Assembly (NCBI GenBank): GCA_011380095.1
Contig: DSAL01000043.1
Location: forward strand, 1-13,911
DNA: 13,911 bases
From: Candidatus Altiarchaeales archaeon
GTDB taxonomy: Archaea > Altiarchaeota > Altiarchaeia > IMC4 > SCGC-AAA252-I15
Reading direction: 5' to 3'
Each line of letters starts with the position of its first letter. Position 1 is the first letter of the stretch. A program made the position numbers and the translations under genes. The notes beneath the pieces are model-generated. The model had not been told where the DNA came from. It saw nothing but the letters and a program-made list of their open reading frames with translations, and ran no database searches. Shown here piece after piece: positions 1 to 6,187 of the stretch.

Positions 1-495
1 ATCCAAGAGTATATCACAGGGGTGAGCGTCTACCCCCACTATTTCCAAAGCGTCTTGAACGATAAGACGGAGCTTATGGGTTTTGACAAGAGGTATGAGT
101 CTAGCGTCGACGGGATATTCAGGATTCCAGTCCCAGAACAGTTGGGGGGGGACATAAACCCTAGTTTCAGCGTCGTCGGAAACTTTCCGATGGTAGTCCG
201 GGAAAGCCTTTTGAACAAGTTTCTTGAGATGGGGGAGGCAATAGTAAAAACCTCGAAAAAGATTGCGCCGCCGGGGGCTGTGGGCCCATTCTGCCTTGAA
301 ACCATTGTAACCGACAATCTGGAGGTTGTGGCGTTCGAGATTTCAGCCCGAATTGTTGCGGGATGCAACGCAAACATTGGGGGAGACCCCTACACCTACC
401 TTCAGTACGACAAGCCCATGTATATGGGCAGGAGAATCGCCTTGGAGCTGAAGAACGCCATAAGTTCAGGCAGGATTGTTGATGTTTTGACCTAG
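1..495 (+). CDS. purP: 5'-truncated CDS. The reading frame is open from base 1 and stops with TAG at 493-495. It is the C-terminal part of an ATP-grasp enzyme and resembles the PurP C-terminal (DUF1297) region of FAICAR synthetase.
   Basis: The frame-1 ORF is open to the window edge. Motifs PPGAVGPFCLE, VAFEISARI, GGDPYTYL and PMYMGRRIA match my recollection of the PurP C-terminal domain. Coding periodicity is protein-like. Confidence 0.55.
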   Translation: MQEYITGVSVYPHYFQSVLNDKTELMGFDKRYESSVDGIFRIPVPEQLGGDINPSFSVVGNFPMVVRESLLNKFLEMGEAIVKTSKKIAPPGAVGPFCLETIVTDNLEVVAFEISARIVAGCNANIGGDPYTYLQYDKPMYMGRRIALELKNAISSGRIVDVLT

Positions 496-600
496 AAGGT
501 ATTTAAAAGCTTTTATAAACTGTGTTTGTAATAATAACCAGACATAATTTTTGGAAGAATTAGTTTTCAAAAACAGACGTTATAGAGGTGAAATTTAATA

Positions 601-870
601 ATGGCAGATACTGAAACAATGCCGCAGGGGGGAGTGAATCCAGACCGCGTGGGCATTATGATGGACGTGTTAGACAATATTATAAGCGATTTGAATGATA
701 ATCCAGGACTGCAAAAGATTTTTGGAGTCCCAGTCAGCGCCGGGCTTGTTGTCGTAGCAGACAACAACGACCTGAGGATTGAGGACGCCGGGAAAGTGAA
801 CTTGACCGAAGAACAGCAAAACAGTTTTCTGAATGTCCTGGATGAAGTGATTCGCGCCAACTCTGTCTGA
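601..870 (+). CDS. Small acidic hypothetical protein of 89 aa. I recognise no family.
   Basis: An ATG at 601 is preceded by GAGGTGA at 586-592, an SD with 8-nt spacing. The amino-acid composition is protein-like (predicted helix, strand, strand, helix). The overlapping antisense ORF 670-1059 looks random. Confidence 0.5.
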   Translation: MADTETMPQGGVNPDRVGIMMDVLDNIISDLNDNPGLQKIFGVPVSAGLVVVADNNDLRIEDAGKVNLTEEQQNSFLNVLDEVIRANSV

Positions 871-897
871 AAAAGACAGTCCAATCAAGAGCAGATT

Positions 898-1191
898 GTG
901 AATGCTGGAAGACAGTGTGTTGGCAGTGTAATCGACATTAAAGTAATTCCGAACTCCAGGAAAACATGCGTTGAGTTTGCCGAAGACTTCCTGAAAGTCA
1001 AGGTAACAAAGCGCGCGGAGGGGGGTGCTGCCAATAAAGAGGTCGAACGCATTTTTCATGCGATAGACCGCGGGGCGAAAATAGTTTCAGGACTTAAGTC
1101 GCCCAGGAAAAAGCTGTTTCTTCCAAACGTTTGCCGCGAAGAACTTGATTTAAAGTTAAGCGAGTTGACGACCCAGAAAAAATCTGGATGA
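898..1191 (+). CDS. DUF167 / YggU (UPF0235) family protein.
   Basis: GTG start. The segment IDIKVIPNSRK...LKVKVTKRAEGGAANKEVERIF...KIVSGLKSPRKK matches the DUF167 pattern of a beta-strand, then (A)PP/G-GKAN, then a SGxxSR-K tail. It lies 27 nt downstream of the preceding ORF, so it is probably co-transcribed. Confidence 0.65.
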   Translation: MNAGRQCVGSVIDIKVIPNSRKTCVEFAEDFLKVKVTKRAEGGAANKEVERIFHAIDRGAKIVSGLKSPRKKLFLPNVCREELDLKLSELTTQKKSG

Positions 1192-1229
1192 AAAAGAAAA
1201 CAAAAAAATAGGATTTAGGTGAAATTAGA

Positions 1230-2465
1230 ATGGCTAAAGCACCAGTAGATACGGTAAAATATAATGTTTACGCCACCATCAAAATAGATGGGGTTGTTGA
1301 AAAGGCAGACGTTGTCGGAGCTTTGTTCGGACAGTCTGAAGGCCTTTTAGGGGAGGAATTAGAGTTGAGGGATCTGCAAAAGAGCGGGAGGATAGGAAGG
1401 ATAGAGGTTGACATAACCACTAACAACGGGAAGTCGACCGGCAAGGTAACCATTCCAAGCAGTCTTGACATGGTTGAAACCTCGATTATTGCGGCGGCAA
1501 TAGAGGGGGTCGACCGTGTAGGACCGTGCAATGCAGAGATTCACATCAACAAGGTTGAGGACGCGAGGAACACTAAGCGGAAGAAGATGGTGGTCCGAGC
1601 CCAAGACATTTTGAAGACTCTTGTCAACGACGAGCTTCCGGACAGCATGGAGCTGACTGATGAGGTTAAGAAAGCAGTCCAGTTGAGCGAGATAACGACA
1701 TACAACGGACTTCCGGCAGGACCGTCTATTGAAACGTCCGACACAGTCATTTTTGTTGAAGGAAGGGCTGACGTAATCAACCTGTTGAAGTGCGGGATAA
1801 AAAACGGGATTGGGGTTGGCGGAACCAATATTCCGAAAGAGATTAAGGACTTGAGCAGGAAGAAGAATGTCATAGTCTTTGTCGACGGAGACCGTGGAGG
1901 ACAGATGATACTCAAGGAGTTGATGCAGGTTGCTGACATAGACTTTGTTGCGACCGCGCCGGAAGGCAAGGAGGTTGAGGAGCTGACCAAGAAGGAAGTC
2001 ATCATGAGCTTGCGCAGAAAAGTCCCCTCAGACCAGGTCAAACCGGGTGAAGTTCGCGGAGGGGGCGGGAAATTCGACCGACCCGACCGTGGACGCGACC
2101 AGCGGAGGCAGCATTTTTCAGCAAGAGAACAGCGGCCCCCACAGTCTGGCGGACGCGACCAAAGAAGCCAGCCAGCCAGCCGGGAATCCCCGCAAGACCC
2201 GAGGCTTGCCGAGGCTTTGACTGCAATCAACGGAAAGCTTGTGGCAAAATTCTTTGACGAGAGTATGGGCGATATTGCGGAGGTCGAGATTAAGGATTTG
2301 ATAGACACGCTCTCTGACGTAAAGCCGGCATACGTGGTCTTGGACGGGATAATAACGCAAAGGCTTGTCGACGCCTGCGAGAATGCGGGAGTCAAGATTG
2401 TTGTCGGCGTGAACACTGCCGCAAAGCTTAAGACGAACAAGGTTAAGGTGGCGACAGGAGCTTAA
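1230..2465 (+). CDS. dnaG: Archaeal DnaG-type primase (Toprim). It is also the exosome-associated subunit in archaea.
   Basis: N-terminus KIDGVVEKADVVGALFGQSEGLLG...LQKSGRIGRIEV is typical of archaeal DnaG. Toprim motifs are present: VIFVEGRADVINL and IVFVDGDRGG. The SD AGGTGA at 1218-1223 sits 6 nt before the ATG. Residues about 270-330 form a low-complexity R/Q/D/G-rich insert. Confidence 0.9.
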   Translation: MAKAPVDTVKYNVYATIKIDGVVEKADVVGALFGQSEGLLGEELELRDLQKSGRIGRIEVDITTNNGKSTGKVTIPSSLDMVETSIIAAAIEGVDRVGPCNAEIHINKVEDARNTKRKKMVVRAQDILKTLVNDELPDSMELTDEVKKAVQLSEITTYNGLPAGPSIETSDTVIFVEGRADVINLLKCGIKNGIGVGGTNIPKEIKDLSRKKNVIVFVDGDRGGQMILKELMQVADIDFVATAPEGKEVEELTKKEVIMSLRRKVPSDQVKPGEVRGGGGKFDRPDRGRDQRRQHFSAREQRPPQSGGRDQRSQPASRESPQDPRLAEALTAINGKLVAKFFDESMGDIAEVEIKDLIDTLSDVKPAYVVLDGIITQRLVDACENAGVKIVVGVNTAAKLKTNKVKVATGA

Positions 2466-2505
2466 CCTTTGTTTTTACCTTTATCTTTCATTAAGGTAAT
2501 CGGGA

Positions 2506-3960
2506 ATGTTAACTGACAGTATTGAGTCTACGGTGGAGGTTCAAGTCCCGAAAGAAGCTTTGGGGAGAGTTATCGGACAGTCCAGCGCCGTTGAGAAGGT
2601 TAAGATTGCCGTCCGGCAGTCAAGGCATGTTCTGCTGGTCGGCGCTCCCGGAACCGGGAAAAGCATGATTGCCAAGGCCATGTCAGAGTGCCTTCCAAAG
2701 CCGAAACAACAGGTAGTAGTGTATCATAACGATGAAAACCCTCAAAACCCGCTGATTGAAATTGTTTCGGGGGAATCGGCAGGCGAGTCTTCAAACGATA
2801 AGCCTGGGATGCTGGTCGACCCGGTTGAGGTTCCTTCATTAATTTCCGAGAGGCTTGGATTCAGGTGCGGCCACTGCGGGGGGATGGGAAGTCCTAAAGA
2901 CTTGGTTTGCAACAAGTGTGGTGGCGCGAAAATCAAGCACTTGCTTGAATCTCAAACTTCAAGCCACTACAACAGGGTTTTTAGCGACGTTTTCGAGCTT
3001 GGACCGCTCCAGTTGGAGTCTGAAGTTTACACCACACGAGTTAATGAGGAGGGTGTTGAAGAGCCTTTAGTCTACAGGCGAGAGGGAGGCAGGATTCGTG
3101 TATTAGACAAGTCATGTCTTGAAAAGCTGGCGAAGGCGAGAAGTGAGAGGGCCAGGCGTGTTTTGATTCCCGCGGGAAGAAACAATTTTGTCCAGGCGAC
3201 GGGAGCGAGCGAGACCGAGCTTTTGGGCGACGTCAGGCATGACCCGTACGGCAGCCATCCGGAGATTGGGACTCCATCATACCTTCGCGTGGTGCCGGGT
3301 GCCGTTCATCTGGCTCATGAAGGAATCTTGTTTGTGGACGAGTTGCCGCAGCTTGGAAGCCTCCAATCATACATCCTGACTGCGATGCAGGAGAAGAAGT
3401 TTCCGATAACCGGCAGAAACCCGCATTCTTCAGGTTCGGCAGTCCGCGTTGAAGCGGTTCCCTGCGACTTTCTTTTTGTGGGGGCGTGCAATATCGCGAA
3501 TTTAAGCGGGATATTAAGCCCGCTTAGGTCACGCATAAACGGCGGGGGATATGAGATTCTTTTGGACTCCACCATGAAGGATACGCCTGAAAACAGGGAT
3601 AGTCTAGTGCGTTTTGTCGCGCAGGAGATTATACTGGACGGGAGGATACCGCACGCAAGAGTTGACGCGATATTGGCTGTTATCGATGAGGCGTCCAAGC
3701 GCGCTAGGGTTATTGACGAGGAGAGGGAGGCGCTAACGCTCAGACTCCGTGATCTTGGGGGTGTTGTAAGGCTTGCAGGAGACATGGCTGTTGTTGAAGG
3801 GGCGGGTTTGATTGAAAAAAGGCATGTTGAGAGGGCTTTAAAGGATTCTACGTCTATTGAACAGCAGTTGAGGGAAAAGTATGGTTCTGTCTTCAGGGGT
3901 TTGAGCAAGGATTCAAGCGTTGTGGTGGGAGACAGTACTGCAGAACGCGGATATGGGTGA
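2506..3960 (+). CDS. LonB-family AAA+ ATPase of 484 aa. It has no transmembrane hairpin and no C-terminal Ser-Lys protease domain, and a Cys4 zinc ribbon is inserted between Walker A and Walker B.
   Basis: N-terminus EVQVPKEALGRVIGQSSAVEKVKIAVRQSRHVLLVGAPGTGKSMIAKAMSECLPKP is close to the archaeal LonB N-terminus. Walker B is ILFVDELPQ. The sensor and arginine region is FLFVGACN...LRSRINGGGYEIL. The alpha-helical lid is LTLRLRDLGGVVRLAGDMA. CGHCGG-x11-CNKCGG replaces the LonB membrane insert. The protein ends immediately where the Lon protease domain would begin, and only 80 nt separate it from the next gene. Confidence 0.8.
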   Translation: MLTDSIESTVEVQVPKEALGRVIGQSSAVEKVKIAVRQSRHVLLVGAPGTGKSMIAKAMSECLPKPKQQVVVYHNDENPQNPLIEIVSGESAGESSNDKPGMLVDPVEVPSLISERLGFRCGHCGGMGSPKDLVCNKCGGAKIKHLLESQTSSHYNRVFSDVFELGPLQLESEVYTTRVNEEGVEEPLVYRREGGRIRVLDKSCLEKLAKARSERARRVLIPAGRNNFVQATGASETELLGDVRHDPYGSHPEIGTPSYLRVVPGAVHLAHEGILFVDELPQLGSLQSYILTAMQEKKFPITGRNPHSSGSAVRVEAVPCDFLFVGACNIANLSGILSPLRSRINGGGYEILLDSTMKDTPENRDSLVRFVAQEIILDGRIPHARVDAILAVIDEASKRARVIDEEREALTLRLRDLGGVVRLAGDMAVVEGAGLIEKRHVERALKDSTSIEQQLREKYGSVFRGLSKDSSVVVGDSTAERGYG

Positions 3961-4040
3961 GGGGGGTCAGTTCGAGTATTAATTTGTTTTTGGCGTGAAC
4001 GGGAGGTATGGATAAATGTTTCCAGAGGAGGGTGTGAAAG

Positions 4041-4859
4041 GTGGATAGAAGGATTCGTTTCGGGCTTTTAGGGTGCGGGGCGATGGGGTCCACTATCGCT
4101 AAATCATTTGATGGAGGGGGGATTTTGGGGGATTTGAAGGTCGTTTATGACATAAACGGGGCGGCTTCGAGCAGATTGTCAAAGTTGTTGGAGTCTAAGC
4201 CTAATGTCGCAAGCGATTTCAGCCAACTATTGGATTCATGCGATTTTGTTATTGAAGCGGCCAGCCAACAGGCGGTCTTCGACCATGCGGCAGAGGTTTT
4301 GAATGCAGGTAAAGACGTGTTAGTGATGAGCGTTGGAGCCCTAATGGATCGTGGTTTAAGGGATGCTGTTGAAGATGCGTGTAGGAGGGCGGGTTCTCAT
4401 GTTTACCTGCCGTCCGGCGCCATCCTGGGTGTTGACGGCCTTAAGGCTGCGAGTGTTTTGGGTGTTGAAGAGGTTTCTTTGACTACGACAAAGCCTCCGG
4501 GCGCGCTGGCTGGAGTCAAGTATCTTGAAGACCAGGGTATTGACGTCAAATTGTTTGACAAACCGACTGTTGTTTTTGAGGGAGGAGGGGTGGATGCTGC
4601 GAAGAGTTTTCCGCAAAACATTAATGTCGCGGCTATTGTCGCGCTTTCCACTGGATGCGACGTGAAGGTGACGATTATCGTGGACCCGAATTCCGAGCGT
4701 AATGTCCACGAGATTGTGGCGAAAGGCAGATTCGGCGTGATAAAGACCGTTGCCGAGAATGTTCCATCGCCCGAAAATCCGAAGACGTCTTATCTTGCAG
4801 TGCTGTCGGCCATAAGCGTTTTAAGGCAGGTTAGCGGGAGTGTTAAGATAGGGAATTAG
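4041..4859 (+). CDS. nadX: L-aspartate dehydrogenase (NAD biosynthesis, NadX family).
   Basis: GTG start with GGAGG 10 nt upstream. The Rossmann motif GLLGCGAMGS is present. The C-terminal domain is DUF108-like: LPSGAILGVDGL...TTTKPP...FEGGG...AAKSFPQNINVAA...DPNSERNVHEI...GRFG...NPKTSYLAVLS. Confidence 0.75.
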   Translation: MDRRIRFGLLGCGAMGSTIAKSFDGGGILGDLKVVYDINGAASSRLSKLLESKPNVASDFSQLLDSCDFVIEAASQQAVFDHAAEVLNAGKDVLVMSVGALMDRGLRDAVEDACRRAGSHVYLPSGAILGVDGLKAASVLGVEEVSLTTTKPPGALAGVKYLEDQGIDVKLFDKPTVVFEGGGVDAAKSFPQNINVAAIVALSTGCDVKVTIIVDPNSERNVHEIVAKGRFGVIKTVAENVPSPENPKTSYLAVLSAISVLRQVSGSVKIGN

Positions 4860-4892
4860 TTGGAGTATTATGAGGGGTGGAGGCTATTAAAG

Positions 4893-5807
4893 ATGGATGA
4901 GGCGGGGATTCGAAAAGTCGGGGACTTGGATATTTCAAATCTGGCTGGAGTCGGAGTTCAAGAAATGCTGGGCGTCGGTTTTCAATCAAGTCATGTAGGG
5001 CAGGCGATAGAGCTTCTAAAAACAATGCGGGAGGACGAGGAATGCAGGATTATGCTTTCCTTCACCGCGAATCTTATGGCGTCCGGGCTTCGCGGGCTTT
5101 TCAGGGGGCTTGTAGAGCAGGGCGTCGTCGACTGTGTTGTCACGACGGGCGGAAGCATAGACCATGATATAATACGGGCGTACAAGCCTTATCTGCTCGG
5201 CGACTTTGACGTGGATGATGAGGAACTTCACAGGGAGAGTGTGAACAGGCTTGGGAATATCATGGTTCCAAACGACAGGTACGAGCTTTTGGAGGAGAAG
5301 ATTAAGCCCGTTCTCGAGAAGCTAAACGGAGTAAAACAGGATTACACTCCTTCAGAATTCATAGAAGAGACTGCGAAGGTTCTCAACAACAAGGACATGT
5401 TCATCAAAACCTGCTTGGACAAGAACGTGCCCGTATTCTGCCCGTCCCTTGTCGACTCCGCCATCGGACTGCAGTTATTCTTCTTCAAGCAGGATCACAA
5501 GGAGTTCACAATCGACTCTGCCGGAGACTTGAAGCGGCTTCATGATTTCACGATGGGCGCGGAAAAGCTAGGGGGGGTTGTTATTGGAGGTGGCGTGAGC
5601 AAACACCATCTGATAGGCTCAACGCTTCTGCGTGGCGGCCTCGACTATGCGATATACCTTACAACAGCGCTTGAATACGACGGCTCGCTGTCCGGCGCCC
5701 GACCTAAGGAGGCGAAAAGCTGGGGGAAAATCCGGGAAGTCGGCAACACCGTGACAGTGTATGGTGATGCAACTTTGACGCTTCCGCTAATACTGAGTAA
5801 GATATAG
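4893..5807 (+). CDS. dys: Deoxyhypusine synthase. The ORF is open from a TTG at 4860, so the alternative start would make the gene 4860..5807.
   Basis: The hallmark motif GGGVSKHH is present, as are VDCVVTTGGSIDHD and AIGLQ. GGAGG at 4877-4881 lies 11 nt before ATG 4893. Confidence 0.88.
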   Translation: MDEAGIRKVGDLDISNLAGVGVQEMLGVGFQSSHVGQAIELLKTMREDEECRIMLSFTANLMASGLRGLFRGLVEQGVVDCVVTTGGSIDHDIIRAYKPYLLGDFDVDDEELHRESVNRLGNIMVPNDRYELLEEKIKPVLEKLNGVKQDYTPSEFIEETAKVLNNKDMFIKTCLDKNVPVFCPSLVDSAIGLQLFFFKQDHKEFTIDSAGDLKRLHDFTMGAEKLGGVVIGGGVSKHHLIGSTLLRGGLDYAIYLTTALEYDGSLSGARPKEAKSWGKIREVGNTVTVYGDATLTLPLILSKI

Positions 5808-5842
5808 GATCTAAACGCTGCTTTTCAAAGGAGGAACAAAAG

Positions 5843-6070
5843 ATGATGGAGGACAAGGTTAGGGAAGTGATAGAGAAGGTCAGGCCGATGCTTCAGATGG
5901 ACGGCGGAGATGTTGAATTGGTGGGTGTCGAGGATGGCGTAGTCAAGGTAAAGCTTCGGGGCGCGTGCCACGGATGCCCGATGAGCCGGATGACGCTCAA
6001 GATTGGGATAGAACAGGCGATAAAGCGGGCGGTGCCGGAAGTAAAACGCGTTGAAGAATTAGAGGAATAA
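5843..6070 (+). CDS. NifU-like (Nfu) Fe-S cluster scaffold-domain protein of 75 aa.
   Basis: GDVELVGVEDGVVKVKLRGACHGCPMSRMTLKIGIE matches the NifU C-terminal CxxC motif. A strong SD GGAGG at 5830-5834 lies 8 nt upstream of the ATG. Confidence 0.8.
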   Translation: MMEDKVREVIEKVRPMLQMDGGDVELVGVEDGVVKVKLRGACHGCPMSRMTLKIGIEQAIKRAVPEVKRVEELEE

Positions 6071-6081
6071 GATGTATTTTA

Positions 6082-6117
6082 TTAGGCACTACAATATATT
6101 TTTAGGCACTACACTAT
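6082..6117 (+). repeat. Tandem direct repeat of 2 copies with a 20-bp period. The copies are TTAGGCACTACAATAT and TTAGGCACTACACTAT, and an AT-rich ATATATTTTT lies between them.
   Basis: Copy 1 is at 6082-6097 and copy 2 at 6102-6117, with 15 of 16 bases identical. They sit 12 nt after the nifU-like stop and about 110 nt before the nrdJ start. Confidence 0.8.
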
Positions 6118-6187
6118 GTCGGGGGGTTTGTATGCTGACCGGATTCCCCAAAAAATTCTGGCAGGTTATTATAGATGAAACACTAAT

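Noticed and set aside
1541-2440. A 299-aa ORF antisense to dnaG. Other long antisense ORFs are 670-1059, 3315-3908, 6724-7194, 9302-9793 and 11793-12224.
   Set aside because: Their translations are Ser/Thr/Pro-rich or arginine-rich with low complexity and match no family. The opposite strand in each case encodes a clearly recognisable conserved protein. These are typical shadow ORFs.
2971-2981. AGCCACTACAA inside the LonB-like CDS as a fourth copy of the repeat motif.
   Set aside because: It matches only 10 of 11 bases with no flanking similarity, and it is inside a coding sequence. This is consistent with chance.
2506-3960. The LonB-like gene being a decayed pseudogene that lost its protease half.
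   Set aside because: The ATPase ORF is intact over 484 codons with all AAA+ motifs preserved and a clean stop 80 nt before the next gene start. There is no frameshifted remnant of a protease domain. A specialised protease-less form is more likely, though a deletion pseudogene cannot be fully excluded.
6071-6187. A possible cobalamin riboswitch upstream of B12-dependent nrdJ.
   Set aside because: I could not see a recognisable B12-box (the conserved GCCACUG-type core) or the expected paired elements. Riboswitches of this class are rare in archaea. A covariance-model scan with Rfam RF00174 would settle it.
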